A DNA stretch of 64,000 nucleotides from an uncultured Oscillospiraceae bacterium (GTDB lineage: Bacteria > Bacillota > Clostridia > Saccharofermentanales > UBA5734): assembly GCA_964652975.1 (NCBI GenBank), contig CAZZCN010000006.1, forward strand, positions 4,099 through 68,098, in the 5' to 3' direction. The position numbers and the translations under genes are program-made. Positions 8,864-20,310 of this stretch are shown here, piece by piece; position 1 is the first letter of the stretch; each line of letters begins with the position of its first letter. The notes under the pieces are model-generated. The model searched no databases. It was not told the DNA's origin and saw only the letters and a program-made list of their open reading frames with translations.

Positions 8864-10237
8864 CTAACCCTGCTTAGCCCTTTCCATAGACTCAAGAGCC
8901 CTTGTTTCAGCCATTCTTAAAGATTTACGGAAGACTACTATAACAACACCGCCTACGGCAAAAAGTATTATTATGCTAAAAATTCCATATGATGACCTTC
9001 CGGTAGATGTTTTAACAAAAGCATATAACGCAGGACCTAGAACTGCGGCAAATTTACCGAATATATCAAAAAATCCGAAGAATTCATTTGACCGCTGAGG
9101 GGGGATAAGTTTGCCGAAGAAAGATCTGGAAAGGGCTTGTATTCCTCCCTGACAAGTCCCGACAAGTACGGCAAGAGCCCAGAAAATCTTCTGTGCCTGC
9201 GCAATTGTAAGAATCTCCTCCTCTATTCCATAACCCATTACAAAGCCAAGGATGCAAATAATGAAATAAATCAGAATGGCGATTGATATCATATTGATCG
9301 AACCAATTCTGCCCGCAAATTTGCTGAACCATATGGCACACGGAACCGCTACTATCTGCGTTACCAAAAGTGCAAGAATCATACCCGTTGTATCAAGTCC
9401 AAGCGATGCGCCGAACGCGGTTGCCATATGTATAACCGAATTGACTCCGTCTATATAAAAGAAATAAGCGATTATAAAGGCAAACAGTGCCTTGTCGTGG
9501 AATATATGCTTCATTGTATTGACTATGTTTTGAAAGGTGGTTTTAATAAGTCTGGATGGCGGAAGCTCTACAAAATGAATTTGATGGACATTTCTCAAAA
9601 TGGGTATGCTGAATATCCCCCACCACAGAACTGTCAATAAAACAGCGATTTTGACTGCCAGCACGCTGGCCGATGAGGAAATTTCGTCTTGCGACAATGT
9701 CTTGTCTATAAGTCCTATTGCAGGGAAAATCTTTTCACCAAACAAAACCAATGCTATTGACGCTATAAACGGGATGGTGCTTCCGCCTATATACCCCATG
9801 CTGAATCCCCAGGCTGACACCTTGTCCATCCTGTCGGCGGTGGTAACATCCGTAATAAACGAGTCATAGAAAAGATTTGCTCCGCTCCAGCCAAGATAAG
9901 AAACGGCGTATCCAACCAGCATCAATTTCCAGTCGCCGGCAAAAGCCATAACCGTTGTGAATGCAAGTCCCAACAAAAGGAATGCAGAAAACAATTTCTT
10001 CTTCATTCCTTTATAGTCGCCAATAGCTCCTATGACCGGTGCCAGAATAGCCATTGTAAATGTAGCTGCCGAAGTCGCCCAGCCCCACCAGACATCGCCG
10101 GCAACACCGGCATTCTTGGCCACTGTGGCAAAATAGATCGGGAAAATAGCCGCCACAATAATTGTGGAATGTGCTGAATTCGCCCAGTCATAGAAAATCC
10201 AGCTTCTTTCGGGTTTGCTAAATCTGCGTTTTGTCAT
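8864..10237 (-). CDS. MFS transporter, UMF1 (Atg22-like) family
   Basis: 457 aa with about 12 TM segments and the N-terminal WIFYDWANSAHSTIIVAAIFPIYF motif typical of UMF1. RBS is AGGAGG. Confidence 0.8.
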   Translation of the reverse strand: MTKRRFSKPERSWIFYDWANSAHSTIIVAAIFPIYFATVAKNAGVAGDVWWGWATSAATFTMAILAPVIGAIGDYKGMKKKLFSAFLLLGLAFTTVMAFAGDWKLMLVGYAVSYLGWSGANLFYDSFITDVTTADRMDKVSAWGFSMGYIGGSTIPFIASIALVLFGEKIFPAIGLIDKTLSQDEISSSASVLAVKIAVLLTVLWWGIFSIPILRNVHQIHFVELPPSRLIKTTFQNIVNTMKHIFHDKALFAFIIAYFFYIDGVNSVIHMATAFGASLGLDTTGMILALLVTQIVAVPCAIWFSKFAGRIGSINMISIAILIYFIICILGFVMGYGIEEEILTIAQAQKIFWALAVLVGTCQGGIQALSRSFFGKLIPPQRSNEFFGFFDIFGKFAAVLGPALYAFVKTSTGRSSYGIFSIIILFAVGGVVIVVFRKSLRMAETRALESMERAKQG

Positions 10238-10487
10238 ACCAACCTCCTGAAAATTCTATAAATGTAATGTATGATGTCATAATACAATAAGTTATATAAA
10301 ATGAACTGAAAAGCCACGGAACACTGCCAAATGATTTGCATTACAAACCATTACTAAATCTGCAAAACGTAAATTGGTTTGAAAAAATGCGTGACACCTA
10401 TGGTGTCTGATATTGAAAAATCATGTGAAACCGCAGGTTTCTGACAGCTTATATGCTGTCAAATAATTTTTCCAGGTGTGAAAAACG

Positions 10488-11927
10488 TTAGTTTTTCACA
10501 CTAATTGCCCTGATTTCAAAGCTGTTCTTGACCACGGTACGGCAGTCATCCAGGGTTTTGATCTGTCCAAGACCTACCAGCTGCAACAGGAAATTACCGG
10601 CGGCAGAGCCTTCTATAGGTCCGCAAACTACAGGTATTGAAAGCGCTTTGCATGTGAGCTCTGAAAGAAATTTGTCCTGTATTCCTCCACCGACCATATT
10701 CAGCTGATCAATTTTCTCGTTTATTACAATCTCCAGGCCTTTAACCGCTTTTGCGTACTCATTGACCAGCCCGTTGTATACCGCCAAGGCAAGGTCGCCG
10801 ATTCCGTCAGGTCTGCCCTGTCCGCTTTCTTCGCAGAAGGCAGCTATTTCGTCAATCATTTTAAGCGGGTTGTTAAAACGCTGGTCGTTTGGATTGATAG
10901 AAAAAGTTCTGCCCGCTTTGTATGATTCGCGTGCTTTGTTCTCAATATCATCATAGCTTAATTTCTCGTATCGGTGAGTCCAGTCTTTCTTCAGGTTTTG
11001 CATCAGCCACAGGCCGTTGATGTTTTTGAGGAAAATATTCTTATCAAAAGCACCGCCTTCATTGGTGAATCCTTCATCCATCGCTTCCTTCGTGCAAATC
11101 GGTTCATCTGTCTCAACTCCTAGAAGCGACCATGTTCCACAGCTTAAATACGCACATCGTTTGTCGGAATCCATAGGAACGGCTACAACAGCCGATGCAG
11201 TATCATGTGTGCATACCGCAATAACGGGAATAGCCTCAACTTCCAGTTCGGCCATTATGAAAGGACTCAGCACACCGTATATTTCACCTGGGAATATAAT
11301 ATCAGGGAACATTTCGCGGTTTAATCCAACAAGTCCAAGTATCTCATCATTGTAATCTTTCGTGAATGGGTCGACCATCCCCCCAGTGCCCGCGATTGTG
11401 TATTCATTAAACATTTTGCCTGTCAGAAGATATGCAAAAAAATCAGGCGTATACAGGAGCTTGTCCGTTAGATCAAGCAAGTCCGGACGAAGCATTTTCT
11501 CTGCATATACCTGGTAAATTGTATTGAATGTCTGCTTTGCAAGGCCAGTACGTCTGTACAATTCTGAAAATGGCGTTGTTCTCTCAAAGTCTTCTATCGC
11601 CGCCAAGGTTCTTGCGTCCCTGTAGTGAATGGGATTAGTCAGAAGCGCTCCGTCTCTCCCAATAAGGGCGTAGTCTACACCCCAGGTATCAATTCCTATA
11701 CTGTCGATAGTCCCGTATTTTTGTTTTGCTTTACGGATACCCACTTTCAGTTCGTGAAACAATCGCAGTGTATCCCAGTAAAAATAGCTTTCGGTCATGA
11801 CCGGCTCATTTGCGAATCTGTGAATTTCGTCCAGAGACAGCTTCCCGTCCTCCCAGAGCGCAACCATGGCTCTTCCGCTTGATGCTCCGTAATCAAATGC
11901 CAGTAAAATCCTTTTGTCGTTACTCAT
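10488..11927 (-). CDS. rhaB: Rhamnulokinase-like FGGY carbohydrate kinase
   Basis: 479 aa. The N-terminal LAFDYGASSGRAMV matches the RhaB DLGASSGR motif. FGGY features follow: IGIDTWGVDY, CTHDTASAV, GGGIQD. Confidence 0.7.
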   Translation of the reverse strand: MSNDKRILLAFDYGASSGRAMVALWEDGKLSLDEIHRFANEPVMTESYFYWDTLRLFHELKVGIRKAKQKYGTIDSIGIDTWGVDYALIGRDGALLTNPIHYRDARTLAAIEDFERTTPFSELYRRTGLAKQTFNTIYQVYAEKMLRPDLLDLTDKLLYTPDFFAYLLTGKMFNEYTIAGTGGMVDPFTKDYNDEILGLVGLNREMFPDIIFPGEIYGVLSPFIMAELEVEAIPVIAVCTHDTASAVVAVPMDSDKRCAYLSCGTWSLLGVETDEPICTKEAMDEGFTNEGGAFDKNIFLKNINGLWLMQNLKKDWTHRYEKLSYDDIENKARESYKAGRTFSINPNDQRFNNPLKMIDEIAAFCEESGQGRPDGIGDLALAVYNGLVNEYAKAVKGLEIVINEKIDQLNMVGGGIQDKFLSELTCKALSIPVVCGPIEGSAAGNFLLQLVGLGQIKTLDDCRTVVKNSFEIRAISVKN

Positions 11928-12182
11928 TATCAGTTTCTCCTATAAACTATTAATTACTAAAGGATAAAATTGGCATTCCTTCAGTTTTCGCCTTGGTTTG
12001 TCGATTTTATCCATTTATTGTTCAAAATTTTACTAACTAATATCGTCTGTAATATCTTAATGTCCTTCTTGAAATAAGTGAAAATCGTAATAATATTATA
12101 TTTCTGTTATTCTGATAAAATTACAATTCCTGATAAAATAATTATATTATTAAGAAATATCAAATTTACAATCTTTGTAAAA

Positions 12183-12722
12183 TCAATACAAGCCGTCCAC
12201 CTTTACTTTGGATGGGTTGTACTTCTTCATGCTGGGTACCATTCTCTCATCTGGTTCGAAAATAACAATAACGGTCTGTCCCTTGGTCTTTGCCTTCTTG
12301 GCGTTATTCTTAGTTACGATGAAGTAATTGACTTTATTATCCATGGTGGGAGCAAAGTTGAGCACAGTGCGGTTGCCCTTTGCATATTCCCTGTAAAGGT
12401 CGGTGCTCATCCTTGCGCAAATTTCAAATTCCTTTGCATCGCCTGAAAATGCCCTTGTCCTTTTACGTTGAGCGATTATGCAGTCAATGTCGATAAAATT
12501 TTCGGTAACCGAGTACTCGTACTCCCTGTTCAATCCTGAAATGACCCACCAAATCCCCCAAATAGCGCCTACTATGAGAATCGGTGCAAACTGTGCAATG
12601 ATTTGCACGCTGAAGCTTAGTACGATCAGAACTAAAAAAGCAAAAAACAATCCTGTTATCTTAAGATAATCAGTCTTGTCCTTCTGTTTTCTGACAATTT
12701 TTTCCATAAAAGTTGCATCCAT
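12183..12722 (-). CDS. Hypothetical small membrane protein (two N-terminal TM helices, soluble C-terminal domain)
   Basis: The ORF is open to 12782, but ATG 12722 follows GGAGGcagaccaATG. TM helices are LKITGLFFAFLVLIVLSF and FAPILIVGAIWGIWWVI. Confidence 0.6.
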   Translation of the reverse strand: MDATFMEKIVRKQKDKTDYLKITGLFFAFLVLIVLSFSVQIIAQFAPILIVGAIWGIWWVISGLNREYEYSVTENFIDIDCIIAQRKRTRAFSGDAKEFEICARMSTDLYREYAKGNRTVLNFAPTMDNKVNYFIVTKNNAKKAKTKGQTVIVIFEPDERMVPSMKKYNPSKVKVDGLY

Positions 12723-12830
12723 TGGTCTGCCTCCTGTAATTTTATATATTATCTTCAAATTCGATGGTTTAGACAATATCATTTTTCATTATAATAACAT
12801 GAATTTGAGCATTTTTCACACTATTTTTTC

Positions 12831-12874
12831 ATAAAAAAACAGCAGGGAAGAAATTCACCGGATCTACCCCTGCC
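12831..12874 (-). terminator. Rho-independent terminator candidate downstream of groEL
   Basis: Minus strand reads GGCAGGG-loop-CCCTGC followed by TGTTTTTTTAT. Confidence 0.5.
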
Positions 12875-13024
12875 ATTTTGAAATTATTAGATAATAAACA
12901 GCTGTGATTATCTAGTATCGGATAAAACAACTATCGCTAGCCGTCTGGTTTTCGACTGGCAAAAACCTTTTTGTCTCCAGTAATTGACTAATAAGCGTTC
13001 TTGGAATTTTCTATAAAGTCAATA

Positions 13025-14704
<1,680 letters not shown>

Positions 14705-14732
14705 TTATGCGAATCTTGTTTTCTAAAAAATA

Positions 14733-15017
<285 letters not shown>

Positions 15018-15058
15018 TTAAAATGCCTCCTTTATTTAATAAAATACAAACTCAATTT

Positions 15059-15085
15059 TTAGCACTCTAAATACTTGAGTGCTAA
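15059..15085 (-). promoter_or_regulatory. CIRCE operator (HrcA binding site)
   Basis: TTAGCACTC-taaatactt-GAGTGCTAA is a perfect match to the consensus TTAGCACTC-N9-GAGTGCTAA. It lies 42 nt upstream of the groES ATG. Confidence 0.95.
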
Positions 15086-15093
15086 CACTGAAT

Positions 15094-15122
15094 AATATAG
15101 TGTTTTTTGAGTAAAGTGTCAA
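15094..15122 (-). promoter_or_regulatory. Sigma-A promoter of groES-groEL
   Basis: Minus strand reads TTGACA-17 nt-TATATT, immediately upstream of CIRCE. Confidence 0.8.
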
Positions 15123-15280
15123 GGAAAATAATATGGGTTAATTATTAATAAACTGTAAATCAAACCAATCTTTCAGAATAATACCAATATAGTTTTCAAC
15201 TTAGCTTAACGAAGTAAAATTATATTATGATGTAAATATATAAGTAAAATCGCATTGCAATAAATTAGTAACGAAATATT

Positions 15281-15937
15281 TCAGGCAAGAAGCTGCAACA
15301 AAACGTTGTTAAAATAAAGCTTACTGACAATGGTTGATTCGGAAATCACTGAAACTATGGACGGTATGCGTGATGCCAGAAGCGCGATCATAGCAAGTAC
15401 GATGTAGATTATCAGGGCTGACTGCAGCAGTGAAAACGCAGCTCCCAAGACACGGTTGGTTGCATCGAGTATTTTAATCTTCTTGAATGCGCCTTCCATG
15501 GACTTCTCTAATATGAAAAATGCTATTCTTATAACAATTAGAAGCAATATAAATGCTATACCGATAAGCATAAGAAAAAACACCTTGTCAGCAAGTGTAT
15601 CCGCACCCGATTTCAAAGTCTGGGAGGGGTCCGGAAATCCTTTAAGAAGTGACTCCTTCATGAATTCCGGCATAGCGATATCATTTACTGTCTGGGTTAT
15701 GCTCTTGGTTGCTGCATCTGATTTGTCTGTAAAAAATTTCTGTATGGCGGTTTTGGCTCCGTCAAAAACAGAAAATTCTCTCAAAGCAGTTGCAATGGGA
15801 CGCGCTAGAAAGGCGGATGCTATGAATGCCGCTATGCCGGTAAGCAGTCCTATTGCCATTTTTACAAAGCCTTTGTATAAGCCCAAAACAATCATTAAAA
15901 GTATAAAGGTAAGCAAGACGATATCCGCAGTATTCAT
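15281..15937 (-). CDS. cvpA: CvpA family membrane protein
   Basis: 218 aa with a typical N-terminus (DIVLLTFILLMIVLGLYKGFVKMAIGLL) and four TM helices. RBS is GGAGG. Confidence 0.8.
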   Translation of the reverse strand: MNTADIVLLTFILLMIVLGLYKGFVKMAIGLLTGIAAFIASAFLARPIATALREFSVFDGAKTAIQKFFTDKSDAATKSITQTVNDIAMPEFMKESLLKGFPDPSQTLKSGADTLADKVFFLMLIGIAFILLLIVIRIAFFILEKSMEGAFKKIKILDATNRVLGAAFSLLQSALIIYIVLAMIALLASRIPSIVSVISESTIVSKLYFNNVLLQLLA

Positions 15938-16024
15938 TTCAAATCCTCCATCAAAGCCATATATTTTGAATCATTTTGAATGTTTTTTGTAATATTGTGC
16001 TATCGTTTCATAGCATATTATTAA

Positions 16025-16139
16025 CAATCACTATTTTGTTTCGCTTGTATAATCTCTATAATACCAATCACTATTTTATTTCGCGTGTATAATCTCTATA
16101 ATACCAATCAATATTTTGTTTCGCGTGTATAATCTCTAT
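16025..16139. repeat. Tandem direct repeat, 40 bp x about 3
   Basis: Units begin at 16025, 16065 and 16105: CAATCACTATTTTGTTTCGCTTGTATAATCTCTATAATAC. Units 1 and 2 differ by 2 nt; unit 3 diverges at its end. Each unit carries TGTATAAT on the plus strand. Confidence 0.9.
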
Positions 16140-16185
16140 TGTGTGCATTTTTATGTTTTCGGCTTAATCACACAAATTTTCTGAT

Positions 16186-17817
16186 CTAAGGCAAAGGGGT
16201 TGGCGAGGCTGGTAATGTAGGTACTGGTGTGGCTGTGACATCAGGGGTTGGCGAGGAAGCGGCGGAAGATGATGAACTGGAATCCTGCGAAGACTGCTGT
16301 GATGAACTGTCAATGGATGCAGAAATTGAATCAACCGATTGCGATGATTGCACCTGCCCGCCGGACGATGAAGATGAGTAGGCGGAATTGCTTTTGCTAT
16401 ATGTCGTTCCTGAGCCATTTGACCTGTGGTAAATTGTGGGCACCGGGTCAAATGCTTTTGTCTCACCATATATGAATTTATAGACCTCCGGTATCATACG
16501 GTTGTAATCAACCAGCATGTGCCATTCTCCACTTGTGTTGACTTCATAGTACCCTTCAGGAGGTAGTCTCATCTCCTGAATTTCATTGGTCATCTTAGGA
16601 AGTATGTCAATACCCAGCGCTGTTATTTCAGAAGGCTTCATATTGGTGGTTATATATGTGATTCCTTCCTTTATCATTTGTGCTTTTTTGACCGGGTCAA
16701 TGGATATAAAACTCTTAAAGAGAGCTTTTAAAACCTCTCTTTGTCTCGCTGCTCGTTCGTAGTCGCTGTCGATTTTTCGTATTCTCGCATATTCTACAGC
16801 CTGCTTTCCTGTAAGTTTCTGAAATCCTGTATCATGTATGCCATAAGAGTATAGGCGTTTATTCATATCCTTCATTTCACCTGAAGTGACATCAACGGTC
16901 ACGCCACCGGCAATATCAATTATAGATGCCATGCCCTTCATATTTACAACCATGTATTTCTCTATGTTAAGTCTGAGAGTGCTGTTGATTGTTCGCAAAG
17001 CAAGCTCAGGTCCTCCAAAACTGTGAGCAGCATTGATCTTGCTGGGATTTTTCCTTCCAGGTATGTATACGTAGCAATCCCTCATAATCGAAGACATTTT
17101 TATTACGTTGTTCTTCCTGTCAATTGTAAGTATTATGATAGAATCAGAAAGCCCGTTCTCAACTCCGGGGTGTCTTGTATCAACTCCCAATAATAAGATA
17201 TTCGTAATATCCTTGCTCTGCGGTGGCTGATTCGTAAGTGCTTCAGTAGGATAATTGGCCTTGTTCGGAATATAATTCAATCCTGACCATAGATAATTAT
17301 ATAAAAATGTAGCTCCAATAGCTAAAACAACCAGCAATGCGGCAACCGACACTCCGATACGGGTAAACATCTGTCTGCCGGTGAGCTTGCGTTTACGTTT
17401 TCTTAAATATCCCACCGGTGCGACTGTTCTAGGTCCGTTTTGATTCGGAAGGCCTTTCATGACACGCTTTGCAGGCTTTGGCTGTCTTCTTCTGCCATTT
17501 GAAATCCTCTGGATGTCTGCATTGCCAACACTTCCCCTGTTATGAGAATTATTCCTTAGAGGCATGGACATGTCAGGAGGGAAATATTCTCCGGGGTTTC
17601 TGCTTACGATAGGTGTAATGCCCGATGCATTTTGTCTTTTTCCTGCTACGGGCTGCCTTCCTGAATCTGGCTGCCTGTTCGCACTTGGCGGCCTATGCGA
17701 ATTCGGCTGCATGTGCGCATCGGTTTTCCTGTGTGCATCCGCACCCTTATGTGCATCAGTCTGTCTGCCGGTATTTGGATTTTTGTGTCCATTATTGCCG
17801 GAGTTGGATTTCTTCAT
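16186..17817 (-). CDS. LCP (LytR-CpsA-Psr) family protein
   Basis: 543 aa. It has a basic His/Arg-rich cytoplasmic N-terminus and a TM helix (IGVSVAALLVVLAIGATFL). The LCP core shows LLLGVDTR...SDSIIILTIDR...SIMRDCYVYIPGR...KINAAHSFGG. The C-terminal tail is Ser/Pro-rich. Confidence 0.9.
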   Translation of the reverse strand: MKKSNSGNNGHKNPNTGRQTDAHKGADAHRKTDAHMQPNSHRPPSANRQPDSGRQPVAGKRQNASGITPIVSRNPGEYFPPDMSMPLRNNSHNRGSVGNADIQRISNGRRRQPKPAKRVMKGLPNQNGPRTVAPVGYLRKRKRKLTGRQMFTRIGVSVAALLVVLAIGATFLYNYLWSGLNYIPNKANYPTEALTNQPPQSKDITNILLLGVDTRHPGVENGLSDSIIILTIDRKNNVIKMSSIMRDCYVYIPGRKNPSKINAAHSFGGPELALRTINSTLRLNIEKYMVVNMKGMASIIDIAGGVTVDVTSGEMKDMNKRLYSYGIHDTGFQKLTGKQAVEYARIRKIDSDYERAARQREVLKALFKSFISIDPVKKAQMIKEGITYITTNMKPSEITALGIDILPKMTNEIQEMRLPPEGYYEVNTSGEWHMLVDYNRMIPEVYKFIYGETKAFDPVPTIYHRSNGSGTTYSKSNSAYSSSSSGGQVQSSQSVDSISASIDSSSQQSSQDSSSSSSAASSPTPDVTATPVPTLPASPTPLP

Positions 17818-18088
17818 GAATTTAATTACCTCTTAAAATACTTCATCATATAGTGTATCTAGCTATCAGTGCTAATTGGCCAGATGCATGTCTTGCCAGT
17901 TCGGTATATTCGAATATGCACCTCTGACCAGATGCAAAACAGCAAAACTGCCTGCTTGAAAATCTTACTTCACACTATCTTGCATATAATACACCTTTTA
18001 ATCTAAAATATCTCAAAAATATTGAAATGAAATTGAAATTTAATAAATATCCAAAATTTCGTAACAATTGGACACAATGACTTTTGGG

Positions 18089-19105
18089 TTATTCACTGAA
18101 ACCGTCAGGATTTTGCTTTTGCCATCTCCATGTGTCAACGCACATCTCCTCGATATTCTTTTCGGCCTTCCATCCAAGGACTTCCAACGCCTTCCTCGGG
18201 TCTGCGTAACAGCTTCCGATATCACCCGGACGTCTGTCGACTATTTTATAGGGTATTTTAATGCCTGATGCCTTTTCGAATGCCGAAACTATCTCCAGCA
18301 CACTGTATCCTTTGCCTGTTCCAAGGTTGATTGCATCGGCGCCTTTGAATTCTTCAGTGTGCTCAATCGCTTTGCAATGGCCTCTGGCAAGATCAACAAC
18401 ATGAATGTAGTCTCGCACGCCTGTTCCGTCAACTGTCGGATAGTCATTACCGTAAACCGAAAGTTCCTTTAGTTTGCCTATCGCAACCTGAGAAATATAT
18501 GGAATAAGGTTGTTTGGAATGCCATTTGGGTCTTCGCCAATGGTTCCGGATTCGTGCGCACCAATCGGGTTGAAATAGCGCAGAAGCACAATAGACCAAT
18601 CAGGATCGGATACTGCCAGATCACGCAGTATCTGTTCGTTCATCAGCTTCGTCCATCCATATGGGTTGGTACACCAGAGCTTTGAATCTTCACTTATGGG
18701 AACGCTCTCGGGAACTCCGTAAACTGTAGCCGATGAGCTGAAAACCAGCTTCTTGACATTGAATTTATTCATCACACTACATAAAATCAAGGTGCTGTCC
18801 AGATTGTTTTCGTAGTATTGAAGCGGAATCTCCACGGATTCTCCAACGGCTTTGAGCCCTGCAAAATGTATCACAGCCTCAATGTCGTTCTCCTTGAAAA
18901 TTCTCTCAAGCGCCTTCCTGTCACAGACATCTTCACAATAAAAAGGAAAATCCTTACCGGTTATTCTCTTGATTCTGTTAAGTGACTCCACCTTGCTGTT
19001 CGACAGGTTGTCAATTATAACTATCTCGTGACCCTCATTCAACAGTTCTACACAGGTATGGCTTCCTATGTAGCCCGCTCCACCCGTAATCAATATTTTT
19101 CGCAT
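18089..19105 (-). CDS. galE: UDP-glucose 4-epimerase
   Basis: 338 aa: [36 protein letters not shown]. Confidence 0.95.
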   Translation of the reverse strand: MRKILITGGAGYIGSHTCVELLNEGHEIVIIDNLSNSKVESLNRIKRITGKDFPFYCEDVCDRKALERIFKENDIEAVIHFAGLKAVGESVEIPLQYYENNLDSTLILCSVMNKFNVKKLVFSSSATVYGVPESVPISEDSKLWCTNPYGWTKLMNEQILRDLAVSDPDWSIVLLRYFNPIGAHESGTIGEDPNGIPNNLIPYISQVAIGKLKELSVYGNDYPTVDGTGVRDYIHVVDLARGHCKAIEHTEEFKGADAINLGTGKGYSVLEIVSAFEKASGIKIPYKIVDRRPGDIGSCYADPRKALEVLGWKAEKNIEEMCVDTWRWQKQNPDGFSE

Positions 19106-19321
19106 ATAATCCCCCTAAAAAGTATATAAAAATTAAATATTTCTTTTAATCACATGAAACCGAATTTATATAGCATAAGTACCATTAACCATTAAAACTT
19201 CTAGTCACGTCAGCGTCCTTCAGCACCTGATGCTTTTAAACGTTTGTTCAAGTTTGAAATTCATACTGCATTAGAATAATATCACAAGCAAGGTGATTTT
19301 GAAAATACCCCTTGTGTGTTT

Positions 19322-20310
19322 TTATAGCAAAAATGTTTTATCGATAAAAGCAGTCATCTCCTCAGTCAGTTTACCTTCATACGTCCAACATTCGTTTTCT
19401 GTATCAAAAACATACGGATACGCTAGAAGAGAACTCTCGTGATTAATGTTTCGCATTATCTTCAGGCTGTCTTTCGGTACTCGAAACACGCCGATACTGA
19501 CACCGGTAAATTTACGGATATCGATTTTTCGTTTTATCTCTGATACCATTTCGCTGTAGCGGTCTTTCCAGTCTTCGCCGCAGATGGCGGGGTCGATACA
19601 AAGTCTTACCTTCCAGCCATTTTCAATCGCTTTGCTCATGCTCGCAAGTCTGGCGGAGAGACCGGGCGTTTTGTGCTCATATTTTCGTGTGTAGGCTTCT
19701 GGTGATACACTCCAGGCCAGATAAAAATTCGGGATTGCGGTCTTAGCTGCAATTGATGCGAAATTGGCGCTTTTTGTCCGCAGTTCCACTGTTAGATTCT
19801 CATGTTCGGTGGCAAAATCGATCCAATCGCTCGCAAATCCAGTCAATCCTTCAATTGCAAGGAGGTCGGTATCGTATGAATTGCATACATATAGTTTCCC
19901 GTCATGAAGACGTTTCTCAAGTTCGCTGAAAGTATCTTCAATATTTACAAACACCACAAGATTGGCTGATGGATACATGCCCTGCAGATAGCAGTATTCA
20001 CAGCCATATATGCAATTCATGGCATTGGTCGTGTAATAGAAGTTTTCGTTTCCGAACGAATCGCAAAGGTTTGATCCTTCGTATAGAAATGTGTCTGTTT
20101 TCTTTGCAAGTATGAGCTTTTTGCTTTTGCCTGGCTTTCATATGACTGCCCGCTTTTACAGAACACATCCTTGTAATGGTCGATGTAGATTATTGCGGAT
20201 TTTGGCAGCAAGTCCAGTATCCGCAGTGTTTTAGGATGGTCGCTGATTCGTTTTTCGACATAGACATGAGAGAAGTCAGGGTTGTAAAAGGATTTTTCTG
20301 ATTTTGTCAT
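19322..20310 (-). pseudogene. SPL (spore photoproduct lyase)-family radical SAM gene split by a frameshift
   Basis: The upstream ORF reads MTKSEKSFYNPDFSHVYVEKRISDHPKTLRILDLLPKSAIIYIDHYKDVFCKSGQSYESQAKAK. It starts at ATG 20310 after GGGAAAGGAG. The downstream frame is open from 20137 and reads KPGKSKKLILAKKTDTFLYEGSNLCDSFGNENFYYTTNAMNCIYGCEYCYLQG... with a CX3CX2C motif. The two frames meet at the A-runs at 20118..20128. Confidence 0.75.

Noticed and set aside
16025-16139. Possible CRISPR array (also considered for 27894..28013 and 23610..23684)
   Set aside because: The repeats are directly abutting with no unique spacers, the units are AT-rich and not palindromic CRISPR-like, and no cas genes are present.
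16164-16469. Alternative-frame ORFs inside low-complexity coding repeats (also 5088..5486, 5257..5511, 34992..35387, 35195..35608, 34473..34934)
   Set aside because: They arise from trinucleotide or tandem coding repeats in the LCP, GldG-like and zinc-ribbon genes. They have no independent start signals.
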